A stretch of 27,605 nt of DNA from Macrostomum lignano (Eukaryota): assembly GCA_002269645.1 (NCBI GenBank), contig NIVC01002763.1, positions 1-27,605 of the forward strand. The letters run 5' to 3'. Numbering within the stretch: position 1 is the first letter of the stretch; each line of letters starts with the position of its first letter. Made by a program: the position numbers and the translations under genes. This document shows, in pieces, positions 12,501-25,612 of this stretch. Under the pieces are notes generated by a model, which saw nothing but the letters and a program-made list of their open reading frames with translations, did no database searches and was not told the DNA's origin.

Positions 12501-15500
12501 CAGGACTGCTGATTTCAGGCATTTACTATCTTTTGGATATTTTTTGTAGCAAACGGATTGGCAAATTTTTCAGCAGCCTTTGTATGTCTGCAGCACGAAT
12601 GGAGCAGACCCTCTAAGTTGGTGACGCGTACAGTGCCAGAACAAAATCCCACATGTTGGGATGCGCAGTCGTTATAAAGCTTCTCACGCGGCTATGAAAG
12701 CCCTCCTCTTTGCTGTTCGTCCACTCCTGGCAGTTAAAGACTGATATAATGTCGAAACCGACCTCGATCCAGTAGATTCGTAAATATGCAAATACGAGTA
12801 GGTTGAATAGGTTTGAATAGATTGATAGTTTGAATAGTTTGATAGAAATGTCATTGTCTTTCTTAGGGAGACTGCGGTATTAACAATATGGAAGCATAGA
12901 CAGTTTACCAGATGTCCGAAAAGATTATATTGACAATAAAATTTTACGTAAAGTAGCATTAAACAACATAAAAATTAGAAAGATAAGATTGAAATTAAAC
13001 AAAGTTACCACCTCGATACACTTGTCATGTCAAGGAAACTGACTTCAGTAGTCCATGAGGAGCTGACGGCGAGTTTACTGTTGGAATTGATAGAATTCAG
13101 GTGTCGAACAAATTCAGTCAGTTTCAGCCGGGTGGTCCCAGTGAATAAAGATGTCATCTATGCACCTGAAGTAGATGTCCGGGTTATAAAAGGAAGTTCT
13201 CAGTTCAGTTTTCTCCCAAAGGCTGCATGGCTGGGTGCAAATTAATATGCGACTCATGACTGTGCCTTTAAGTTGTAAGAAAATTGTTATCAAATTCAAA
13301 GTCTTCTGTACAAGCATAGTTACTGTAGCTTTATTATCTCAGCATACGGTCTAGTCGGGTCAAGATATCGGATAAAGAATACCTGTATTGCTGCAATGCC
13401 CTGGTCTATGGAGATCATGGAGTATAGACTCTGGATATCACAGGTTGCCAGAGTCCATCCTTCTTATCCAATTTATCCATAAGGTGTGCTTTGAAGTCAT
13501 ATGAGTCCTTAATGAAAGTGGGTTGAGCTTGGGCAATCGGATTAAGAAAAAAATCAATGCATTTTTCTGCCAGTGGCTTCAGAACTACATCGGCTAACAT
13601 AAGGTCTGTCTGCTAGGACCCGGAAATCACATCACATCACAGAATCACAAGATCAGAGTTCTTGTGAGTTTTTGGTAGCAGGTAGAAATGCCCGGGGCGA
13701 AGATAAGAGAACTGTTTGTTTGATATAAACTTTTTGCTACATAAAATGAGAAAGTTCCACCTGATAATTTCCGCAGTCTCGGGTTTCGACGGCTGGTCCA
13801 GCTTTTGATAGGCATTAGTGTCAAGCAATTGGTCGTACGCTGCAAGGTTGCATGATGACTACTGCGTTTCCTTTGTCCGCCTTTTATATTAGGACGGAGC
13901 TGTTTCGCTCCTGAATCGCTCTTGTCTCTGGTGCTAGCGGGCTAACTAACCCTCTTCAGCTCTCCAAAGAACAAGCTCAAGTGGATTCATAAAAATTTAA
14001 AGAGAACCGAAGAATAGTACGCACATAGCCACAAACTGTTCAGATGTAGCGTTATTGTATTTAATCGAAAAGTATCTAAGCTTAGTACCGGCTAATAGCG
14101 GTCTAGGCGCATAAAACAGTCATTGAAAAGCGCATGAGCATGGCTGACTGATATCAAGCGGTCAGAAACGCAGTCAAGTGCAAAGTCGTTGAGCCAAGTC
14201 AAGTTAATCCAATACAGTAGGCTGAAAGTAATGATATGCAAAAAAGGCATGCGATCAGTCATTAGAAAAATATAATTCACACACTCCTGCGGCAACCTAG
14301 ATCGCAGTCGGTGGACACACTTCTCAGCACTAGCCAACGCCAGCGAGCCGTCGCAGCAACCTGCGTGCAGTGCGTCGAGCATGCGCGCAGCGTTGAATTC
14401 GAAGTAAAGCAGACCCTGCTTCATTAAGCTTGTGGCATAAGCTGCGTAGTTGCTGCTCATATAAGACATCAAGGCAGTAACCAGCTCAGCATCGACGTAC
14501 TTTGTCGCAGGCAGGCCTGGAAAGCTAACGTCAGTCCGGTTTTAATACCGTGCACTTGGCGGTACCACGTCCAAGCCATTCATTACTAACAGGTGTCATT
14601 GCGGTCAGCAGTGTTACACGCTCACCATCGTTGTAGGTGCGCCAGTAAGCCATCAGGCAACCCCAGACAATACCACAGATGTGGCGGGGCATCCCATGGC
14701 GGTACAGCACTTGCGCGCTCATTTGGTACGCTCTGTATCTTGTAGCATGGTCGAGGAGCACGGCGCCTTGTAACTGTCGCAAAACGAACGTTGACACAGC
14801 ACGGAGTGGGTAGAGTACAGTACGCATATGAGTTCACCGACGCCGCGACCTGACAACTGCTTAGAATCACGCAGCTCGAAGCCCCTCACTTCCGCGTGCT
14901 GTACAAAGCGACGTTCCAGCAGCGGCTGAAAGTAGTGACCCATACGTCGTCACCTTGCTGGATACGCTTCATCAACTGTGAATTAAATCCGGCGTATTGG
15001 CACACAACGATCATCGCGGTATCAAAGTAGACAACATTTAAGATAATATTGTGATAGTTAATGCTACGTTGACCAGACGGCATTTCTTGCGTGACGCGTA
15101 TCAGCTGTTGAAAGCGACGACACCTCATATACTGATCCAGCATAGCGCGGCTGGCCTACTAAAGGGGCTTTGACACGTCTTGACTAAAGCTCAGATTGCG
15201 CATGACACAACCCAATTGCTTGACGAAATACACTGCTGATGAGCTGCAAAAGCACGGGGTAGATTATTAGATTAACCAGGCAGGACATGCAGTCGATTAA
15301 ATCGTAGAGTCAGGAGAGCGAGAGAGAGTGAGAGAGCAGAAGAATATCAATATTTTTATAATACACTGTAGATGTAAATTCCAGTCTAGTTCCGATCCGA
15401 TGCGCTGAGGTTCAAAGCACGGCTTGTTCTTTGACTGTTAGTGAGTCATTTTCACTGTTAGGACGCCTTGCACTAAAATTTCACTATTAGGGCCTGTATA

Positions 15501-18500
15501 ATATATGGGCCGGCTGATGATATATTTCTCAAGAACTCCGAGTCACTAGGCGATTCTCTACGTGTGATATTGCATATATGCGTTGTATCATTGGCTGGCT
15601 CATTTGTTTATATGGCAAGGTGAGAAGAAATCTTGTAATTAGGCAAGCTCACTATGGACTACAAGTCACTAACAAATACAGGATCTTGGTTTGAAATCAG
15701 AAATCATACCTTGCAAAAGTTCCCATCAAGTAAGTTTAATATACAAGTAGGAAGCACACTACCAACATACCTAAAAATTTAGAGTCAAGTGCACTAGACA
15801 TGGCATACTCTAGCTCATGGGCTATAGAGACGTGGATAACATTCAATCAAATTTGAGTACATTAGCAAAGCCATGCAAGCCAAACCTGTGCTAAACCAAC
15901 CAACAAAAAAACTTTTATATTCATGTTTTGCATTCTTTACTCGTACATTGTCCAACTAATTGAAATCGGCTACCAGTGGTTTAACTTACCTTGATCCACT
16001 CGATGCAAAATCAATACAAATAATTATGCACTATTGCGAGTAATGGAATGAAGAGCACTTGTAGAACGGAGAATAGCTCGGCAGATTTTTTCAGATACGT
16101 GCGTAGTAAAGCATTATCATTTAAGGCTGATTTTATTTTCGCCTCAAGAGGGCTTCAGGACATGTGTGCAGGAGGCTAAGTGTCGTAGGGGGGGGACAAG
16201 AAAGTGTACATCTTAAAGCTTAAAGTGCGCCAGGATGCACGCAGCCCCCCCTCCCCTGACCTCTAGCTAAAACAAATTTACCTATGACACAATACCAGAT
16301 GCCGAGACCTACTGGCCTGTCCATTGCGCGATCTGGGCATCACTGTTAGCCTTCAGGATCGTCTGCAAGCCGCTCTGCGCTGCGTTCAACGCGCCCACAT
16401 CGGCCTACAATTATATAATCCAGCCTACGTATCTGCTAACGAGGCCGACTTTCTACTCGATCTTGGTTGCCTAGCAACGGACGCATATTTTTCCCAGCTA
16501 GCCGAGGCCGGCTCCGATCCCGGTCCAGCCGGCCTCGAATCCGCCGTCGTAGCTCGAATCGGTCGAACTATTCGGTTAATGCGATTTACCTGGCGAGCTG
16601 CTCGGTTGCTAGGCAACACTGTGCCAGATTATGAGCGCCTAATTGACAACGGAGACGCCGCGGCGGTCGCTTATTTGGCTAAGCTGCACGGCTTGCCAAG
16701 CTCTGATTGGCTGCGCCAGCTGGCTAGTCTTCTGCTTCTAGTAGATAACAAAAATTTGGGGATCTCCGGCTCAACGGACACGCCTAAGCTTCTGCCATTG
16801 TTAGTGCCGGCACTGCTCACTGTTGATGGACTGTCGGTGTGGCGGGTCGCTCAGCTGCTTCTGGATGCTGGGCTGGTGAGTCATGGAGTGAAATATCGGA
16901 TTTCTAGCTTTATGATTCATAATATATTGGGATCCTGGATTTTTTAAACTATATTTGTAATTGAAATTAAGGTTAATGATTCATAACTGGGATATGAGAA
17001 TTCAAGGTTTTTTAATAACAGTTTGTGTCTATGATTTCAAGATTTCTGATTCATAATTGGGACCTGGGGGATTTCAATATTTATGATTCATATAATTGGG
17101 ATCTGGGGGGATTTCAAGATTTATGATTCATATAATTGGGATCTGGGGGGATTTCAGATTTATGATTCATAATTGGGATCATAAAGTAGCGCATATATAT
17201 TAAGACAGAGTTTTGATTTTTATATGTAGATTGCTCTTTTATTGCAATTTACAATACAAACTCAGCCCAATACAATACAAATACAAACTCCAATCCCTTT
17301 CGCTTGCAGTCGGAACTGGCCGCCCGACAAAACTTGGACGCTTTGCTCAAAGCGGCCCGAGTCTCACTGCTCGAACTTGACGATGACAGCGATATTGACA
17401 GTATCTCCGATTCTAATAGCGACATTAGCAGCGGCCTGTCCGCTCTAGGCGAGTTGCTAACCATCGCTTGCCGACTCGGAGGATTCGGTTCCGCCTTGTC
17501 GCTTCATCGCTTGCACACCTGTCTGCGTATTATTCAATCCTGCCGCTGTTGCTGCTGTCTGGCCGAGTCTGGCGCAGTGAACTCAAGCGATTCAGCTGCC
17601 CAGCTAGGCATGGCACTGGAGGTTCGCTATGAGGATTCCGCAATAATGTCGCTGCCGTCTACTCAGAGATTGATGTTTCTCAAATTGACTGGCCAGATGA
17701 TGCGGCTGACTGAACGAGCGTCGGATGCTGCGCCTGCGGTTGCGATCGATCAGGTGAGAGGAGTCGTTATTGCGATTGTTAAGTTACTGTCTTCCAGTTG
17801 TTCCTACCGATCACGAAATTCTTGCTTCGTTCTTTCTTTCTTTTATTCCTCCTTTTCTAGAAATCCCATATTCTCCTTTCCAGGCAATTAGACTTGATTC
17901 TCGTTTCATGGAAATCCCTCTCTCGTTTCTTTGAAACCCCACTTGCCCTTTGTTTCCTCGAAATCCCACTTGCCCTTCGTTTCCTGGAAATCCCTCTCTC
18001 GTTTCTTTGAAACCCCACTTGCCCTTTGTTTCCTCGAAATCCCACTTGCCCTTCGTTTCCTGAAAATCCCTCTCTCGTTTTCCTTGAAATCCCACTTGCC
18101 CTTCGTTTCCTGGAAATCCCACTTGCCCTTCGTTTCCTAGAAATCCCTCTCTCGTTTTCCTTGAAATCCCACTTGCCCTTCGTTTCCTGGAAATCCCACT
18201 TGCCCTTCGTTTCCTGGAAATCCCTCTCTCGTTTTCCTTGAAATCCCACTTGCCCTTCGTTTCCTGGAAATCCCTCTCTCGTTTTCCTTGAAATCCCACT
18301 TGCCCTTCGTTTCCTGAAAATCCCTCACTCGTTTCCTTGAAATCCCACTTGCCCTTCGTTTCCTGAAAATCCCTCACTCGTTTCCTTGAAATCCCACTTG
18401 CCCTTCGTTTCCTGAAAATCCCTCACTCGTTTCCTTGAAATCCCACTTGCCCTTCGTTTCCTGAAAATCCCTCACTCGTTTCCTTGAAATCCCACTTGCC

Positions 18501-21500
18501 CTTCGTTTCCTGAAAATCCCTCACTCGTTTCCTTGAAATCCCACTTGCCCTTCGTTTCCTGGAAATAATACTTACCCCTCATTTACTTACCGGAAAACCC
18601 ACTTACCCATCGATTCCTGGAAATCTCACTGGACTCTCGTTTCCTGGAAATCCCAAATGCCTCTCGTTTCATGGAAATCCCAAATGCCCCTCGTTTCCTG
18701 GAAATCCCACTTACCCCTCGTTTCCGGGAAATCACACTTTTATTTCTCCGAAAATGCAACTTCTTCCTTTTCTATTAATACCATTTATTTTCCTTTCCTG
18801 AAAAATCACATGGTTTTGTAATCCTTTAATCACCTAGACGCCCAGCAACGCGACCCTAATCAACCTGGCTAGTCAGGCCATCGACACTCTTCGACTAGCT
18901 GGCCGCCCCTTAGCCGCCCTCACCCTGGCAACTCTGCTAAGCGAATTACAAGACAATACGGACTCATTAGGTGCCGCGGACAGTTTGCCGTCAATCTGCC
19001 AGGACCGCTGTCATGCGCTACTAACTGGACTGTTATCTCAGCGTCTGGAAGCGAAACTAATCGACAAACAGCTGTGCCAGTCCGCCGCCTGGTCTCTGCC
19101 GGAATCCGTTGGCCAGTCCGTTCTACGACGGGTCGCGCAGAAATCTCGGCACTCATACAATCGATTGGAGTTCATCGCTCGCCTAGCCTATCACTATGGT
19201 GCTCAGCGGGGCAATCCTGAGCACGCTAAACGGGCACTGGCACTGGCTAAGGGAGCCTATTGGAGTAGGACTCTGTCCGCTTTGGGTATTAAGATTGGCG
19301 ACTTGACGGTGAGGAATCTAACTATCCTTAGATCCCATCAATTTATCCCATCCCAGATCCCATCAATTTATCCCATCCCAGATCCCATCAATTTATCCCA
19401 TCCCAGATCCCATCAACTTATATCATCCCCAGATCCCAAAAATGTACGCCATCCTAAGTTCTCTTAATCCGTTGTCTCTACAGATTCGAGAATCCTAGCT
19501 ACAACAACAGCTGGAACCTTTATTAGATTGCACTTCACTTATGAAAATATTTCCCAGATCCTACAGTATACACTTTTTGCAAAGCGATATTCACCCTTAC
19601 TATATCTGTCTGCTAATATCGCAAATATTGATTAGGCACCTGGCAAAGCGGCTGAATGCGCCGAGACTCTGTGCAGTCTACCTGTGTCTAAATCGCTGCA
19701 GCCTGATTTACTGCTATACTACTGTCAGCAGTATCAGCAGCCCGCTGCCGCTCACCTGCTGCGCTACCTCGAAAATCTATTGTTTCCGCAGTCTGGCAGT
19801 CAGGTGTGTTCTTGGCGCTTTTAATGCGCTTTTGCTTTTCTAAATGTGGGTTGTCACCTTCCTAGATTGTCAGTTACTGGGCCAGTCTCATCCTCAGTTG
19901 CTGGGCCAGCCTCATCCTCAGTAGCTGGGCCAGCCTCCCAGATCCTCAGTTAGTCGCTGGGCGAGTCTCCCAGATCCTTAGTTGCTGGGCCAGCCTCCCA
20001 GATCCTCAGTCAGTTGCTGGGCCAGCCTCCCAGATCCTCAGTTGCTGGGCCAGCCTCCCAGATCCTCAGTCAGTTGCTGGGCCAGCCTCCCAGATCCTCA
20101 GTCAGTTGCTGGGCAAGCCTCCCAGATCCTCAGTTGCTGGGCCAGCCTTCCAGATACTCAGTCAGTTGCTGGGCCAGCCTCCCAGATTCTCAGTCAGTTG
20201 CTGGGCCAGCCTCCCAGATTCTCAGTCAGTTGCTGGGCCAGCCTCCCAGATTCTCAGTCAGTTGCTGGGCCAGCCTCCCAGATTCTCAGTCAGTTGCTGG
20301 GCCAGCCTCCCAGATTCTCAGTCAGTTGCTGGGCCAGCCTCCCAGATTCTCAGTCAGTTGCTGGGCCAGTTCCCTCATCATCCCCATATCTGACTGGTGC
20401 CGCACACGCAGGTGGAGGTCAGCCAAGGTGCCGTGAACCTGGCCGGCGCCACCCTTGCCGTACTGAAGCGGGTGAGCCATCCGGACGAGCTGCTCAACCG
20501 TCTACTCGGCTACTACGCTCAGTTAGATCCGTACGAATACGAGTCTATCGAGCTGATCTGCTGCAGCCTGCTAGCGATGCCGCAGTGCCCCGAGGCCCAG
20601 GCTGCTCATTGTAGCAGAGCTCTGCAGTTGCTCGCTTCGTTGAAGCGCTACAGACGAGTGTCTCAGATTAGCAGCTACGAGAGGAACTGGTGAGGACTTG
20701 TCAATTCTGACTGCGTGACGCTGTGACACCTCCAATTCTGAATGCGTGACGCTTTTGATTCTGAATGTTCGACGCCTCTGATTCTGAATGTGTGACGCCT
20801 CTAATTCTGAATGCATGACGCTTCTGATTCTAAATGCGTGACGCTTCTGATTCTGAATGTGTGACGCCTCTGATTCTGAATGCGTGACGCTGTTGTGTCT
20901 TTAATTCTGAATGCGTGACGCTTCTGATTCTGAATGCGTGACGCCTTCGATTCTGAATGCGTGTGACGCCTCCGATTCCGAATGCGTGACGCATCCGATT
21001 CTGAATGCGTGACGCATCCGATTCTGAATGCGTGACGCTGTGACACCTTCAATTCTGAATGCGTGACGCTTCTACTTTTGAATGCGTGACGCCTCCGATT
21101 CTGATCACGTGATGCTGTGACGCCTCTAATTCTGAATGCGTGACGCCTCTGAATCTGAATGGTGACACCTGTAATTCTGTACTTATAATGAGTGTGTCTG
21201 GTGTCCTGGCTCAGATTAACGCGTTGCTACATTAATTTTATAAACTTATTTACGCTCTGTGCCCTTGTTTACGCTCTGTTGCATATCCGCATTGAAACCG
21301 CAGGTACCAGAAGCGAATGCAGCGGCCAGACCTGGCCGAATGGTACTTCACCTCAGCGTCCGCCATCAATTCGAAGTCGTCGCGTCGTTTAAATTTATTC
21401 GCCCTACTGGAGCCCAAGCTGTACAAAATTGTGAATCCAGAATTAAGATTCGACACTCTGGACTATTGGCTGGGCGTGTCCGATCTCATTGGCATATCCG

Positions 21501-24500
21501 AGACCGAGCTTAAACTTTCCGCCGCTGATAAGATATTCGAGGAAGCGTTCGGTCACTCGCATCTGCAGCACCAGCAGCAGCAACAGCACGAGGCTAAAGT
21601 TAATAATTGGGCCGCCCAACCCGACTTAGCCAGTCAGATGGCTGTGGCAAGGATGGAAAAGGTTTGCTGTTGTGTCACTCGCTTAGGGTTTGTTGTGTCA
21701 CTCGTTTAGGGTGTGTTGTGTCACTCGCTTAGGGTGTGTTGTGTCACTCGCTTAGGGTGTGTTGTGTCACTCGTTTAGGGTGTGTTGTGTCACTCGCTTA
21801 GGGTGTGTTGTGTCACTCGCTTAGGGTGTGTTGTGTCACTCGCTTAGGGTGTGTTGTGTCACTCGTTTAGGGTGTGTTGTGTCACTCGCTTAGGGTGTGT
21901 TGTGTCACTCGCTTAGGGTGTGTTGTGTCACTCGCTTAGGGTGTGTTGTGTCACTCTTTTAAGGTGTGTTGTGTCACTCGTTTAGGGTGTGTTGTGTCAC
22001 TCGTTTAGGGTGTGTTGTGTCACTCGTTTAGGGTGTGTTGTGTCACTCTTTTAAGGTACAGTGTTGTGTCACTCGCTTAGGGTGTGTTGTGTCACTCGTT
22101 TAGGGTGTGTTGTGTCACTCTTTTAAGGTATGTTGTGTCACCCGTTCAGGGTGTGTTGTGTCATTCGTTTAAGGTGTGTCACTGCGCTGTCACTGTATGG
22201 TGTCACTGATATGTCAATGGTGTCACTCAATGGTGTCACTGATATGATCAATGGTGTCACTGGTATGATCAATGGTGTCACTGATATGATCAATGGTGTC
22301 ACTGGTATGATCAATGGTGTCACTGGTATGATCAATAGTGTCACTGGTATGATCAATGGTGTCACTGATATGATCAATGCTGTCACTGGTATTATCAATA
22401 GTGTCACTGGTATGATCAATGGTGTCACTGATATGATCAATGGTGTCACTGGTATTATCAATAGTGTCACTGGTATGATCAATAGTGTCACTGGTATGAT
22501 CAATGGTGTCACTGATATGATCAATGCTGTCACTGGTATTATCAATAGTGTCACTGGTATGATCAATGGTGTCACTGATATGATCAATGGTGTCACTGGT
22601 ATTATCAATAGTGTCACTGGTATTATCAATAGTGTCACTGGTATGATCAATGGTGTCACTGGTATGATCAATGGTGTCACTGGTATTATCAATAGTGTCA
22701 CTGGTATGATCAATGGTGTCACTGGTATTATCAATAGTGTCACTGGTATGATCAATGGTGTCACTGATATGATCAATGCAACTAGTGTCACTGGTATGAT
22801 CAATGGTGTCACTGGTATGATCAATAGTGTCACTGGTATGATCAATGGTGTCACTGATATGATCAATGCTGTCACTGGTATTATTAGTGTCACTGGTATG
22901 ATCAATGTGTCACTGATATGATCAATGATCAATAGTGTGTATGATCAATATCACTGGTATGATCAATGGTGTCTGGATAATGCTGTCATCAATAGTGTCA
23001 CTGGTATGATCAATGGTGTCACTGATATGATCAATGGTGTCACTGGTATTATCAATAGTGTCACTGGTATTATCAATAGTGTCACTGGTATGATCAATGG
23101 TGTCACTGGTATGATCAATGGTGTCACTGGTATTATCAATAGTGTCACTGGTATGATCAATGGTGTCACTGGTATTATCAATAGTGTCACTGGTATGATC
23201 AATGGTGTCACTGATATGATCACCTCGCTCCCGTACAGGTGCTAACTAGCGTATACGATTCGGAGCGAGCTTTGCACGTGGCATTCGCCATGCTGAAGCG
23301 AACTAGCTTGGGCTGGTTGAAGCTGCGCATTACCCGAATCTGCCTGGCAGTTTGCCAAGCCTGGTCTGAGACTGAAACTACCGCTGCGCCGCCGCAGCCG
23401 CCTGCGACACTTCAACAGCAGAAACTAACCGGCGGTGCCGCGCAACAGTCGATTCATCGGGCCGAAGCTTCGTTGAAACGCTATCGCGACATTCTAGAAG
23501 CTCTTGAATGCGAGCAGGCACTACACGCCAACGGATTAAGCGACTGCTCAGATTTGGCTAAGCTGTGCTCAAGTCCTAGCGAACTGCTCAATCGACTGGT
23601 CTCGGCCGGTGAAGCCGAGGCTGCCAGTCAGGTGGCCGAGATTTTGGGCGCAGATCTGTCAGCTGTGGTTGCTAAGCGCGTGCAAGATTGGCTAGGCATT
23701 AAGCCGGCTGGATCGGGGGCCGATGGCTCGCCTGGTGAGTTGGCTGGGAGGGGCTTCTGATTAATGATGTTTGATTTTTTGTTAGATAGGTATCAGATAG
23801 TACTATCGCAGCATTAGGGTTATCGAATCATTCCCATTAGCTACCTAAGGATCACTCCTACTTGCTCCCTAGGGATCACTCCTACTCGCTCCCTAGGGAT
23901 CACTACTATTAGCTACCTAAGGATCACTACTATTAGCTACCTAAGGATCACTCCTATTAGCTCCCTAAGAATCACTCCTATTAGCTACCTAAGGATCATT
24001 ACTATTGGCTACCTAAGGATCACTACTATTAGCTACCTAAGGATCACTACTATTAGCTACTTAAGGATCACTACTATTAGCTACCTAAGGATCACTCCTA
24101 TTAGCTACCTAAGGATCATTACTATTAGCTACCTAAGGATCATTACTATTGGCTACCTAAGGATCACTACTATTAGCTACTTAAGGATCACTACTATTAG
24201 CTACCTAAGGATCACTACTATTAGCTACCTAAGGATCACTACTATTAGCTACCTAAGGATCACTACTATTAGCTACCTAAGGATCATTACTATTAGCTAC
24301 CTAAGGATCACTACTATTAGCTACCTAAGGATCACTACTATTAGCTACCTAAGGATCACTACTATTAGCTACCTAAGGATCATTACTATTAGCTACCTAA
24401 GGATCACTACTATTAGCTACCTAAGGATCATTACTATTAGCTACCTAAGGATCACTACTATTAGCTACCTAAGGATCATTACTATTAGCTACCTAAGGAT

Positions 24501-25484
24501 CACTACTATTAGCTACCTAAGGATCACTACTATTAGCTACCTAAGGATCACTACTATTAGCTACCTAAGGATCACTACTATTAGCTACCTAAGGATCACT
24601 ACTATTAGCTACCTAAGGATCATTCCTATTAGCTACCTAAGAATCACTCCTATTAGCTACCTAAGAATCACTCCTATTAGTATTAGCTCCCTAAGGATCA
24701 CTCCTACTCGCTCCCTAAGGATCACTCCTACTCGCTCCCTAAGGATCACTCCTACTCGCTCCCTAAGGATCACTCCTACTCGCTCCCTATGGATCACTCC
24801 TACTCGCTCCCTAAGGATCACTCCTACTCGCTCCCTAAGGATCACTCCTACTCGCTCCCTTTAGGGATCACTCCTATTAGCTCCCTATAGATCACTTCTA
24901 TTAGCTCCCTAAGGATCACTCCTATTAGGATCCTATTAGCATTAATTTTAGATCAATTGCATCTTTAGATAAAGTCTCATAGCTTTCATTGAAATCTCTC
25001 TGCTTGTAGGCAGCGATTCGCAGCAGAGCCAATCAATGCTGGACCTGAGCGCCGACGCTCTGCTATCAGTCAACGTCTGCGACATGATGTCCCAGATGCA
25101 GCAGCAACAGCGCGATGAACTCGACCAACTGCTGGACGATGAGCAGCGCTTGGCCGACACGGCCGACTTGATTGTTCGCCTCGTGCAGCGCAGCGACGAT
25201 CGAGCTCGTTCTGCCTGTCTGGCCACCGTCAGGGACGCTTGGGACTCGGAGGATTGGCGGCCTAGCGGCGTGTTCCTCGCCTGCGCCAGGGTGCTGCACC
25301 GCCTGGAGGCAGACTCCAGACTGGCCGACGCCTGGCATATGAGGATCTGCGAACTGCAGGTAAGGGGTTTTTAATAATAGGGCTGCTTGCGCCTGTCCCG
25401 TCCGTCCTGCTGTGTCTGTCTGTCTGTCTGTCTGTCTGTGTCTGTCTGTCTGTCTTAGTGTCTGTCTATCTGTCTGTCTGTCTA

Positions 25485-25563
<79 letters not shown>

Positions 25564-25578
25564 TAGTGTCTTAGTGTC

Positions 25579-25612
<34 letters not shown>

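Noticed and set aside
13890-13965. Hammerhead-like core on the minus strand (CTGAAGA ... GAAAC AGCTCC GTC); Penelope elements often carry hammerheads
   Set aside because: Stem I pairs only 2 bp, stem II does not close properly, and the segment lies in RT coding sequence just before KADKG.
15700-16000. Possible transposase-like LDN segment on the minus strand
   Set aside because: One short motif with no sustained frame or termini.
17811-18377. Minus-strand ORFs of 188 and 130 aa, and similar ORFs at 19982-20614 and 20571-21052
   Set aside because: They are read from intronic minisatellites.
19484-19635. Alternative exon 10 acceptor at ctctacag|19484
   Set aside because: Phase-0 reading hits a stop at the fifth codon; the acceptor at 19635 gives an open Rod-like exon.
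22130-23245. INGVTGM repeat ORFs resembling ice-binding or adhesin repeats
   Set aside because: Translation of a 21-bp intronic minisatellite, open on both strands; the flanking exons splice in phase across it.
23830-24930. Regular 24-bp repeats that might be read as a CRISPR array
   Set aside because: Head-to-tail units with no unique spacers, no cas genes, eukaryotic intron. The same applies to the other arrays.
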